Positions 24,746 to 35,848 of a stretch of 64,000 nt of DNA are shown in pieces (the stretch's first letter is position 1; every line of letters starts with the position of its first letter). The translations under genes and the position numbers were made by a program. Below the pieces are notes generated by a model. The model was given only the letters and a program-made list of their open reading frames with translations. It made no database searches and was not told the DNA's origin. This stretch comes from Mobula hypostoma. Its lineage: Eukaryota. The DNA lies in contig NC_086097.1 of assembly GCF_963921235.1 (NCBI RefSeq), forward strand, positions 79,114,001 through 79,178,000, read 5' to 3'.

Positions 24746-25759
24746 ATAAGTTATGGATGAAGTTATTTATGTGGATTGGATACAAAACAATGTTTTTCCA
24801 CTGTACCTCAGTGCATCTGACAATAATAATCAACTTTACCATTTTGTTTGACAAGTCAAGGGTGTCATTCAACCATATATTTCCAAATGGAATTAGATGT
24901 ATTTGAAGAGGGAGTAGGGGAAGAAGCTGCTATATGGAGGAAGTCTGGAGAAAATGTAATTTACCAACTGGGTAACTCTGTGAGAATTTTGTCAACCCTG
25001 GCCTCTCTTTACTGTTATCTGACACCAAGAACCAGCTAAACCAGCTGCTTGAAATAAAAACAGGAACCGGTGAAAGTACTTGGTAATTTTGGTTTCAGAA
25101 ACAGAGCTGATATTTCAGATTAATGATCTTACAGCATTTTTTTTTTACTTCAAGTTTCTAGCAACCGTATTTTTTATTTAGCTCTTTGGTTTTTTTAAAG
25201 CATTTTTAGCATTTTTTTTTGGTTGGTTTGTCAGCAGCCTACCTCGGCTAGCCTGCTTGTACGGACACCCGAAGGATGGTCAGCTAAGTTCCCTATAGGC
25301 TAAATGACATCCCCATCTGTAGAGGAGAGGGCACTCCAGATCATTCTAGCTGAAGAATTGCCCATAATCAAAAGAAATGTAATTTATTTTACATTAATCA
25401 AGCATGAGGTCTAATAGAGAGGTTTGTGGCAGATTGAGCGTACTGCAGTGACGTGACTGACTTGATCAAAGTTTATTTGCATGGTAGGCCAAATGGCTCA
25501 TCATCAAACATGCTCTATTTGGCTTAACCTCATAGTATTGTGGAGTATTTGAGCATACATATTCTTGCCTTGATCTGTGCCCAGTGTTTGCTTGACTGAG
25601 ATACCTAAGAATAGATGTTGTTTGTGGGCTAGTAATCTGGTATTAGTTACAATTTAAAAGATGAATACTGGAGAACAGAAATGCAAAGCAAAATGAAATG
25701 AAAGCTCTTATTTTTTTTATGATCACTCATGTGATGTTTGCGCATGCGATTATCTGCAG

Positions 25760-25934
25760 CTTTGTAATAAGTCTCATCAGCAACCCCTTGGAAACAGAGA
25801 CAGACGTTGGCCTCGAAGTGACAGTCAGCTTTCGGGATCGCACAGTTGTACGAAATGCCAAAGTTTCAGGCAAATGGGGAAAAGAAGAGAAAAATATACC
25901 TTATTTCCCTTTCGCACCTATGCAGCACTTCAAG
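25760..25934 (+). CDS. LGALSL-like coding exon 3: FVISLISNPLETETDVGLEVTVSFRDRTVVRNAKVSGKWGKEEKNIPYFPFAPMQHFK
   Basis: CTGCAG acceptor, 175 nt, GTGAGT donor; IPYFPF motif characteristic of GRP/LGALSL. Confidence 0.93.
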
Positions 25935-26809
25935 GTGAGTGTCAGTTATCTTGTGGAAAAAGTACACTTAAGTTGCTCTATCTTTAGATGGTATCCCAGT
26001 GAAATATGTAAAATACAGTGTAGATATGCTATTAAAAGAAAATGTGCTGCAAATGCTTTCCTGGTCAGGTAGCATCTATGGAAAAAGAAAAAGTGAATTT
26101 TTAGGTCAGCTTCCTGTGAAAAATTATCAGCCTGAAATTTCAAAACAGTTAGTCTCTTCGCATATAGTGCTTCATGTCCTGAGAATTTCCAGGATCTTCT
26201 GTGTTGTTTCAGATTTTCACCATCAGCAGCTGTTTGGTTCAAAATCGTTTCACTCCTGTGCTTTAGAATCCTTTCAGAGTTCACATATGCAGTGAATGGC
26301 TGAGGCGTGTTCAGGATTCAAAACTCATCGTCCATTTGTGCTGGGGTAACTGATGTCATTCAGAGCAAAACAGTAAGAACAAAATATTATCAGAGCACTC
26401 GGTGTAACAAAGGACTAAAAGAAATGATCACATTTGATTGTTAATCCTCTGACTGTTCTGGCTAGGGATTGCTTAGTGGTATAGATTAAACATGCCTTAA
26501 GACACTATGTCTTGGATTCAATCTAAACCAGACCAATGGAGCTGCAAGTTTTCTGTATGTGGTGTAAGAGGAGGAAAGCGACTCATTATTTACTTAGCGA
26601 GCCAACAGTGGGCAGATTAGTATCTTTTCATGCTCTGTGTCTCTATGAACTGCATGTTGAATGTGCAGGATAGATAAGGGCAGACTTTGCAAGTATTTAT
26701 TGATATACTTGTATGTCAATTAAAAACAAGGCATATGGAAAAACGTAAAATTTAACTGATATTGGATGATCTGGTGAAAGACCATAAAGGTCTCAGAAAG
26801 GCACTGTTG

Positions 26810-27138
26810 ATTATTAATGCCTTCCAGCACCCAGGGCATGCCCTTTTCTCACTGTTACCATCAGGTAGCAGATACAGAAGCCTGAAGGCACACACTCAGC
26901 GATGCAGGAACAGCTTCTTCCCCTCTACCATCCAATTCCTAAATGGACATTGACTACCTCATTTGTTTTTCATATACAGTATTTCTGTTTTTGCACACAT
27001 TTTAGATTTGTTTATTATGTTTTATTTTTTATTATTTTTTTCCTCTCTCTCTGCTAGGTTATGTATTGCATTGAACTGCTGCTGCTAAGTTAACAAAATT
27101 TCATGTCACATGCCGGTGATAATGAACCTGATTCTGAT
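26810..27138 (+). mobile_element. Rex1-like LINE 3' end
   Basis: QHPGHALFSLLPSGSRYRSLKAHTQRCRNSFFP; tail CCTGATTCTGAT. Confidence 0.8.
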
Positions 27139-27684
27139 ATGTTTGCTCTATGATGATCCATACTAACTAGAAGTTACTGGAAATCTAGTTAGTCTGAAAG
27201 AAACACAGTCCTGCAAGGTTAAGACTGACTAGTTTCACAGATGGTTCCAATGATTCTGATACAGGCCCTCAGAAATTCACTGTGTGAATTTATTTTCTGA
27301 TGATGCACGTTACCTTCACAAAGATGTAGGACAAAATTAACCTTGGAGCATTTCATTATTCACTGAAAGAATGGTAATCCTCTATTCGCTGCTTTCCACC
27401 TGCATCCAAACAGGAATTCGGGCTCAGTCAGACCTAGGTGAATGGATAAACACACTCTCAAGTGATTGTTCAGTTAAAAGCTGCAACTTCAGTTTCCAGT
27501 GCTTTGACGAAAAAGAGGGAATGCCTTATTTTGTGCCAGATATCTGGTGTAAAACAGAGATTGTGTTGCTTTGGTATTGTTCATTGAACCCAGAATTTAT
27601 TCAGTTGTACTTGGTTCCAGAGCTACATCCTGACTTCACGGGTGATACATTTTGAAAGAAGGAACGGGGAATAGACAAAATGGT

Positions 27685-28200
27685 GCAATTTTAAGTGGGA
27701 CAGAGGCATGGTGATGCTGGGTTTAAATGTACGAAGCTTTAAAGTTGGCTGGATAAGCTCCATCAAAAGAAACACTTCAGAGCCACAGTTTTACAGATGC
27801 TAAAATGAGGAAGTTATATTAAACATTTACTTAAATATTTAGGCCTCAGATGGATTATTTAGTCCAGTTCTAGGCCGCAAATATGATGAAAAGACAACAA
27901 AGCATTGGCAGGTGGAAAAGAGATTTAGTAACAAGATAGCAAGGATGAGATTTCGTTTATATACTGTACAGAAACAAGGATTTTTCTGCTTTAAAAGAGA
28001 GAAGATTAATAGGAGATGTAGAAATTTTCACAATCTTGAATGACTGTCATTAAGTGAATGAGGAGAAGCTGCAAGTGACAGCAATGTTGCTGTCCAAAAT
28101 ATAAAAAATTAAGATAATAGAAAAACCAGAAGCATGATAAAACAATTTTCAGAAGGCATGCGATTGCTGAACTCCCTGAAAGGTGTCAAAAGTAGCTTCA
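27685..28200 (+). mobile_element. Highly degraded CR1 fragment
   Basis: AGGCCTCAGATGGATTATT...CAGTTCTAG (RPQLEY...QFW remnant) and GAGAAGATTAATAGGAGAT. Confidence 0.5.
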
Positions 28201-28384
28201 TTAAACTGATAACTCATTTAGTCCTCAGGGTACATTGCTAGGAATGAGAGGGCCAATGGTGGAAGATAACAAGAGCATTATCTCGAGAGGGAGGGATGTA
28301 CTACTGACAGCATTGCACTGGAAATGACACTCTAGCACCAATAAATCACCCAGAGCTCAGTTTGGAGAGGGCTGGGGCGAACAT

Positions 28385-28830
28385 TGTGGTTGCTCATCGT
28401 ACCGAGTGTGTTAACCAATGCTGAGGACTGGCAGCTCTGCTTCATGGCAGTCCACTCGGATCCCGTTCGAAGAGAAGGAAGCTGCTGTCAACCCCTCTCT
28501 GTTCAGCTGCAAGCGTTCCCCAGCACAGAGACTTCCTTTTGGTGTGTGCATGCGTGTGTCCGTGCATGCCCCTGTGCATGCGCGCCATGATGTCTTTTTC
28601 ATGCCTTTACAAGGTGCGGAGCGAGAGAGAGAAAGACTGTGTGACACGCCATTCCTCACACAGACATTTTCACAGTATTTTTCCCTTTATTCTACGAGGT
28701 CGAGTTGCGATCTCGACACTCAACCCGGCAGAGATGGAAAGCGTACTCGGGAGCGGACCCGACCAGATTCGAACCTGGAACCTCCGATCCGGGGTCCAGC
28801 ACTGATGTCATTGTGCCACCAGCCGGCCCC
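28385..28830 (-). mobile_element. Young tRNA-derived SINE (second family)
   Basis: Minus strand head GGCCGGCTGGTGGCACAATG...CAGGTTCGAATC with CpGs retained; related copy at ~60605-60800. Confidence 0.75.
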
Positions 28831-29337
28831 AGGACAGAGACTTCTCAGAAAGAGCCTCCATTGAATTTGTCACTTAAACATCTCCTGAGAAAGCTTTATC
28901 TGAGCTTGGGAAATGCTGTGTAGTCAAATAGCAAGGCAGTGACTTCTATCACATCCAGCTGAAGGTGATGACAGAGACCAGGGATCTTTAAGCCCAGGGA
29001 GTACCCACTCAGCCCAACCTGCCCAACAACCATCCTCACAGATAGTCTCTCTGCTCTGGATCATTGGTGAGAACAGCAGCTTGTTCCAAGTTGCCAGCTG
29101 AACAGTGGCTGCTCTAGATTTTTTTTAAGAAGTATAGTGGGTACAAATTAGTGAGTGTTTGGACCGCAAGATCAAATCAGCATTCTGCAGGGCATTGCTA
29201 AGTAGAGTACTGCTATAGTAACTTGCTTGGAAAAAAAAGAATTGTCTACATATTTGCAAGGAAGTACTTGAAGGCAAAGGGGAAAGGGCTGGGTAATGTT
29301 CACCTGGTGCTGACAAGATGGCACAAGCACTATAGTC

Positions 29338-29625
29338 GAAGGTAGCACAGTTAGTAGAGCTGCTGCCTCACAGCACCCTTGGCCCAAGTTCAACGAGAAC
29401 TTCCATTGCTGTCTGTGTGGAGTTTGCAGGTTCTCCCTGAGTCTGTGCGCGCTCCAGTTCCTTCTACACCCTAAGGACATGTGGCTTGATATGTTAATGG
29501 CCACTGTAAATTGACCCCATTGTTTAAGTGTGGTAGAGTCTGAGGAGAGCTGCTGGAAATCTGAATTGAATAAAATGGTGTTGGTATGGGATTCATGTAT
29601 TACACTGCTGAATGGTTGGCATAGA
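29338..29625 (+). mobile_element. tRNA-derived SINE (decayed)
   Basis: GGTAGCACAGTTAGTAGAGCTGCTGCCTCACAGC...GCTGTCTGTGTGGAGTTTGCAGGTTCTCCCTG. Confidence 0.7.
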
Positions 29626-29734
29626 TTCACTGTTTCAGGGGAGCCTTTTCCATTTGTGTGAGTGTATGGACTATTGTGATGTCCAGTTCTATGATTTTTC
29701 AATATAGTGAGACTATTTTAAAATCTGATTTCAG

Positions 29735-29878
29735 ATGGAAATCCTGTGTGAGCACCAGCAGTTCCGGGTTCAAGTCGATGGACAACAACTATTTGATTTC
29801 ACATACCGCTTCCAGCAAATACAAAAACTAACTGCATTAAAAATTATAGGTGACCTTCGACTGACGAAAGTAGTTTAA
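29735..29878 (+). CDS. LGALSL-like last coding exon: MEILCEHQQFRVQVDGQQLFDFTYRFQQIQKLTALKIIGDLRLTKVV*
   Basis: TTTCAG acceptor, 144 nt to TAA; close to human GRP [25 protein letters not shown]. The spliced product is 144 aa. Confidence 0.93.
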   Translation: MEILCEHQQFRVQVDGQQLFDFTYRFQQIQKLTALKIIGDLRLTKVV

Positions 29879-30269
29879 TTTTTGTAATGTGCTCTTTGAA
29901 AACAAAGATATAATTTCAGGAGGTGATTTTTCCCCCGTAAGAATTATTTTAAAAATCTTTCTGCAGTCTAATTGTTGCTCCAATCTTCCAATAATTTCCC
30001 TTCTGAGCAGAGGGAAAAAATGTACCTTTTGGAAAAGTGTTCAGAATTTGTGTTGAGTTTTGTGGACTTGGGTTTTGAAATATAGGATTTGACTTTAAAG
30101 GCAAGCCAGCAAATTGGATTGTTCAGAACCTTCTTTGCTTAATTAAATATTTCTTTATGTTCCAAAGTCTGTCTGCTTCTCCTTTTAATGGCTCACATTA
30201 TTGTAGTCAACCTTTCCTTCACATTACTTAGTCCAATCAGTTAGGGTGTGTCAGAATTATTACAAGTAC

Positions 30270-30275
30270 AATAAA
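30270..30275 (+). terminator. Candidate polyadenylation signal of the LGALSL-like gene
   Basis: AATAAA about 390 nt after the stop, followed by GT-rich sequence. Confidence 0.5.
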
Positions 30276-30514
30276 AGAAGTATGGTTTCCAGTGTTCCTC
30301 CCTGCTTTTCATGGGCACAATCGTTATTAGACATTATCACCTGTTGTCATTTATCATGATTATTCAGTGCATTAAGCCAGATCCGGAAGCTGTTAACACC
30401 TCACACTTGCCCATGTACAAATCTTGAATTCTTGCCCATAAGCTGCCTGTTGAGCTGAACATGCTTCAGTGTTAAATTTTTAGTGGTGTTTCTTCTAATT
30501 TCTAAGATGTAGTT

Positions 30515-31230
30515 CATTCAGTAGCACTATTGCCTTGAAGGCTGTGGGTTCAAGAGTCAAGTTGATCCCTTAATACTCATACTGAGGGTTGCTGTTGAGG
30601 TGATGTCTTTCAGATGAGATAAGACCATAAGACATGAGAGCAGAATTAGGCCATTCAGTTCATCAAGTCCGCTTCACCATTTCATCATGGCTGATCCCAG
30701 ATCCCATTCAACTCCATACCCCTGCCCTCTCACCATATCCCTTGATGCCCTGACCAGTCTGGAATCTATCAGCTTCCGCATTAAATATACCCACTCACTT
30801 GGCCTCCACCACAGTCTGTGGCAGAGCATTCCACAGATTCACCACTCTTTGGCTTAAAAAAAAATCCACCTTACTTCTGTCCTAAAAGGTCACCCTTCAA
30901 ATTTGAGGCTGTGCCCTCTAGTTCTGGATACCCCACCATAGGAAACATCCTCTCCACATCCATATTTATTTAGTCCTTTCAATATTTGGTAAGTTTCAAT
31001 GAGATCCCCACACATTCTCCTAAATGTTAAACATTCTAGATGTTAAACTAAGGCCCTGCCTGGTATCTCAGGTGCTGGTTAAAAGAATTCATGACTCTGT
31101 TTCAATAGCAATGGCATTATCCCCAGTGTCCTTATGAGTATCTAATCCCTCTTTGCACCTCAAAAAAATTCAGATTTGTTCACTTTTTAAACTACTGACC
31201 ATGGTTTTTTCTGTGAAAGGTTGGCTATCA
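30515..31230 (+). mobile_element. DeuSINE-like SINE split by a CR1 3' end on the minus strand (~30618-31022)
   Basis: SINE head GTAGCAC...GTGGGTTCAAG; TCTTTCAGATGAGAT resumes as AGATGTTAAACTAAGGCCCTGCC...CTCAGGTG after the CR1 block (tail ATAAGACCATAAGAC). Confidence 0.65.
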
Positions 31231-31599
31231 CGCTGCTGCATTTGGAGTTGGAGCAATAACATTATCTTCTTTGAGACCCATTTTCACAGAAGTTGATTCT
31301 GTTGTGTGCTCATTGTATCACTTAGTATCACTGTTTCCATGTTGTCACGGAGTAGACATAAGATGGAGACAGATTTCTGTGGACGTCCAGATTTGGCATG
31401 GATATTGGCCTAACCTCCAGTAAATTTCCTATGGGAATGGAACTAATCATCAGAATTCATGGAAAGCTTCAAGGAACCAAGGTCACCCAAACCTAAGTTG
31501 CAGTTCCAAGAAGGCACTTGCATTTGCTCATGTTCAGAGGCAATTGACTCATTCACTGACATTTTCATAATGTGACAGAGATCCTCAATCAATCTACCC

Positions 31600-32340
31600 G
31601 TTTTTCGTCACATTACTCTCCAACAAGATAGACCCTGGAGAATGTGGACCATTTCCCATATCTTTGGAGCACCTTTTCACCAACAGAAAATGGCAGTGAT
31701 GAAATTCACCATTGCCTCTGGTATGTCAACATAGGCTTTGGTCAAGTGAGGAACAGGATATTTGAAGATCAAGACCTGGTATAAAACTCATGGTCCAGCA
31801 GAAAGTAGTGATCCCTGTCCTAAATGCTTATGAGATCCGAACTACATGCAGCAGACAATTAAAGGCACTGGAAACTTTCCATTAATGTTTCTGTTAAACT
31901 TCTCCAAGTTCCTTGGAAGAATAAACTAAGCAACATCAGTGTCCTCTTCAAGGCTAACTTCCCAGTAATATGACATTAATTACTTTGTTGGCTATGTGGG
32001 GTAAGTCACACTTAAATGACCAACACCAGACTCCCAGAACACTAAGTTCTGCCATGGGAAGAAATTACCAAGCCAACAGAAGTTGATCCTAGGACTGTTT
32101 GGAGCTTCCAAGAAGAAATGTATTTCCCTACTGACATCTGACAACTTTGTGACCACTCAAAGTGGAGGAGGGAGCAGTAGGGATCAAAGTCATACACTGG
32201 GAACACACAAAGCTCTGCATTAACAGAGGAAAGAGCATAATACTTCTCAAATTACTCATCTTCCAGCCACTTCTTGCCTTTCCAATGAAGAATCTGCAGG
32301 ATTAGTCACCACGAAAAGAACTAGAAGCTTTGATCCCAAG
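31600..32340 (+). mobile_element. Degraded RTE-like LINE fragment
   Basis: LENVDHFPY..S motif (GAGAATGTGGACCATTTCCCATATC) followed by remnants of an RT C-terminus. Confidence 0.5.
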
Positions 32341-33187
32341 GAACTTTCTAAGGCAGGACATTTGGAGTATCCTTTGGCAGCAGACCACTTTGAGATGTCC
32401 AAGGATCATGAAAACCCCAGCTAAATGTAAGTCTTTTGATACTTTTTATTGATCTTGAATATGGTAACATTTGAAATGTGTTGGGATTACATATTCTGGC
32501 TCTGATTGGGAAAACACCCCAGTCATTATAGTGCAACTTCTGACAGACGTGAAGTTAGTGGTTCCCAAAGTGGGAGTTATCGCCCCCTAAGGTGGCAGGA
32601 GTTTCTAAAAGGTTGCTTGGTAGCAAGGGGGACAGCTGAGGGATTTCAGGATTAATTTAATAAATGAATTACTTATTATAATCATTTCATCCTCAGTGCC
32701 TCATAATTGATTACAATTATCACATAACCACCCCATCTCTTACTAATCCAACATTTTTTTAGACTTTGCTTGAAGCAAGTTACAGTTGTTGAAAAGCAAT
32801 GTGAAACTTAAATAGTTAACATATCATAAGAATTCTGGACCGATGAAGTTGTTATTTCTGAGCATTATTGCCATTCACTACTGTAGTATTGTGTTGGGTA
32901 GCATGATTCCCATACTTTAATCACGTAGTGATGCAATTCCTACAAATTAGAGTATGCTCTTCGATGGGGTAAAGTTCAGAGCATGCCCTTTCAAATGGTC
33001 TTGACCATATTTCTCTAGCCCATTGCCCAGCCGAGGTATTGCTGCCCCACATTACGTACCTTCAGGCAGAGAGTCAGGTTTTGCCTGAGCTATGATAATG
33101 TCATAACTTTCTCCATTATAGCTTGCAGCCCTTGAGGTTGGACTTAAACAATAGGCAATTTACTGTGGTTGCTATTCTAAGATGAAA

Positions 33188-33915
33188 ATGGCAGAAGCAG
33201 AGCAAGCAAAAAAGAAGTGTAAACAGTGTAATGTGGAGTATCTGATACATGGATTTATACCAGCGCCAAGCAACCAATAGCAGGCAATGTGTCTGTTGTG
33301 TGAAAAAAGTTTTTTTTTCCCAAATGAAGCAATGGAACTGTCCAGGCTTCTTGACTATTTGAAGAGAGTACACTCTAATAAAACAAACAAGAACTTGGCT
33401 TGTATTCAGTCACATTATGAAAACTTTCAGAAATGGAAAACACTTCAAAACATGTTTGTCAGCACTTCACAACAAGCAGTGATGCTTTGCATACTTCATA
33501 CAGCATTTCATTGCTCATTGTTAAATCTGGAAAGCCCTATACAATTGGAGAAGAACTGATTATGCCAGCAGTAAGGGAGGTTCTGGGTATGGTTTTCCAT
33601 AAGTTACCAGAAAAAATAACTAAAAAGATTCCACTCAGTGACAACTCTGTTCAAAGATGAAAAGATGAAATGTCTGAGAATGTGGAAGACACATTGTGCT
33701 ACATACTTTGGACAACAGAGTTTGCTTTACAGTTAGATAAGTCAACTTTGCCAGGCAATGAATCTTTGCTTCTTGGTTATGTTCGCTTCATAAATGATCA
33801 AAGCATAGTTCAAGAGTTGTTATTTGAAATGGGCTAGAAACAGATACAAAAGGGGAGTCAATATTTTGGATTGATGTGCAGTTTCTTAAAGAGAAGGACA
33901 TTCTGCTCACCAAAA
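33188..33915 (+). pseudogene. hAT transposase N-terminal part (BED finger to first catalytic Asp region), inactivated
   Basis: MAEAEQAKKKCKQCNVEYLIHGFIP...CLLCEK...NEAMELSRL...H; SGKPYTIGEELIMPA; IPLSDNSVQR; FALQLDKSTLPGNESLLLGYVRFI, with stops and frameshifts. Confidence 0.88.
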
Positions 33916-34676
33916 CCTACTAGAGTGCTGTGCTATATTCTTCACAGAAATATGGCTGGACTATGAGGTACCTGACGCATGTATTGAGTTAACAGGCCAA
34001 ATGGCCTTTAGTGCCAACAAATGCATGATTCTGGCAAGAAATCAGGTGGTGGTTTATGCATTTATGTTAACAATGCCTGGTGTATGAATTCAGTCATTAT
34101 TGAAAGTTACTGTTGTCCCAGCCTGGAATACCTAATGATAAAGTACAGGCCCTTTCATCTACCGAGAGAAATCACTGGTTTATATTATAGCAGTTTATTT
34201 ACCTCTGCAGGCCAATACCAACACTATCTCAAACTGCATGATGCTGTTAAACAACTGGCTGCTCACCCTGATAAGTGCCTTCATCGTAGCTGACGATTTT
34301 AATCGGGCTAACCTTAAAATATATATATCCTAAATTCCATCAGAATATGAATTGTCCTACAAGGGGTAATAACACACTGGGCCAGGTGTACACCAACATC
34401 ACAGGCACATTTTGGGGCTTTCCCATGCCCTCACCTGGGATTGTCCCATCATCTGACTTTGCATCTGATCCCAGTGGTAAGGAAGGAGAAAGCAACCTCC
34501 AGGACAGTGAAGGTGGGGCCTGAGGCAGCCATCTCCAATCTTCAAGATTCTGTTCAGAGTACCGACTAGGCTATGCACGGCTCGGGCATTGATTTAGAGG
34601 AATAATATACAATCACAGTTATGCACTACAACAAATTCTGCGAAGACAATGTCATCACCACCAAAAACATCCGGAT

Positions 34677-35848
34677 GACTTCCGGTCAAGGTGGCGCCAG
34701 ACAACAACGATACTTCAGGCGGCTTCATTCAGATAGCAAATCTCTCCAATTATTTCACTTTCCCTATGACTTCTGCTTGTCCTTTGTCTTGTTTGTGTTG
34801 TGGAAGCTGTGGAAGCCTGTGACGTACAGTTTGGGACTCAATCAAAGGATCCAGCGCTATGCTGTATCCAGAGAGCTGCCTCGTGGAGACTAGAGACTAT
34901 GGGGGAGGGGCCGAAAAGGAGCAAGAACTGACTTGTGGAAAAGACCAGAGATGGGACACGGGGTCATGAATGCACTGAAGAAGAATTGAAGCGGCGAAGT
35001 GAATCCTGAGGGAGTCAGTGATGGCTCCCAACGGAGGTGGTCAGTAGCCAGATTGGCGGCGTTAGGATCTGAGTCAAAGGTCACTCTTTACTAAAGGACT
35101 GAGTTCGTGTGGCTGCTTTCCTTGTATGCAGACAAAAAGGTGTATCTGATATTCTGAGATTTACATGATTATTGGACTGTCTATATTGGATTCCTTCAGT
35201 TTTTCAGTGTTTTCTTTCTTGTGGTCGACTGGCGGGAGAGTGATCTGTTGATTTTTGTGTGTAAGGTGTGGTTGGGGGTTTGGTGCTACTGTTGATGTTC
35301 TTTTCTGGGAGTGAGAGGGTCAGGGATTGTTATTGTTGCTGTTTTTTTTCCTGTGAGTGAGGGTCAGGGATTGTTATTGCTATTTTATCTGTGAGTGAAG
35401 GAGTCGGGGATTGTTATTGTCGCTGTTTTTTTTCGTTGGTGAGTGGGTCAGTGATTGTTATTGTCTCTTCTTTTCAGTGAGTGAGGGGGTCAGTGATCGT
35501 TATTGTCTCTTTTCTGTGAGTGAAGGGGTCAGGGACTGTTATTGTTGCTGTTTTTTTTTGTGAGTGAGGGGGTCAGTGATCGTTATTGTCTCTGTTCTTT
35601 TCTGTGGGTGTAAGGGGTTGAGGGCTGTTATTGTCGCTGGGTTTTTTTCCTATAGGGGATGAGGGGATTTCGGTGTCTGCTAGCTTCATTTCTTTTCTTT
35701 TTCGTGCTGGTTGGGGGGGGGGAGAGTTGATTTCTTTCATCAACACCCTTGGTTTTTCTGTATTTCATGGCTATCTGGAGTAGACAAATATCAGAGTTGT
35801 ATTGTACATGCATACTTTCACAATAAAATAACCCTTTGAACCTTTGAT
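34677..35848 (+). mobile_element. Non-autonomous non-LTR retroposon inserted in the LINE
   Basis: The host frame KNIRI/FPNQNPWMN is split exactly here, with GAT at both junctions. Head GACTTCCGGTCAAGGTGGCG; tail AATAAAATAACCCTTTGAACCTTTGA. Confidence 0.75.
35300..35650. repeat. Minisatellite, ~35-42-bp unit GTGAGTGAGGGTCAGGGATTGTTATTGTTGCTGTTTTTT, about 8 copies
   Basis: Directly visible tandem degenerate repeats. Confidence 0.85.

Noticed and set aside
25698..26072. 124-aa ORF with a signal-peptide-like start
   Set aside because: Only 25760-25934 is galectin exon; the flanks are intron read-through across canonical splice sites.
28750..28830. tRNA gene (also the heads at ~9340-9400 and ~41177-41235)
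   Set aside because: A and B boxes are present but run into SINE bodies, and no proper cloverleaf could be built.
35300..35650. CRISPR-like repeat array
   Set aside because: Eukaryotic context; degenerate tandem units with no unique spacers and no cas genes.
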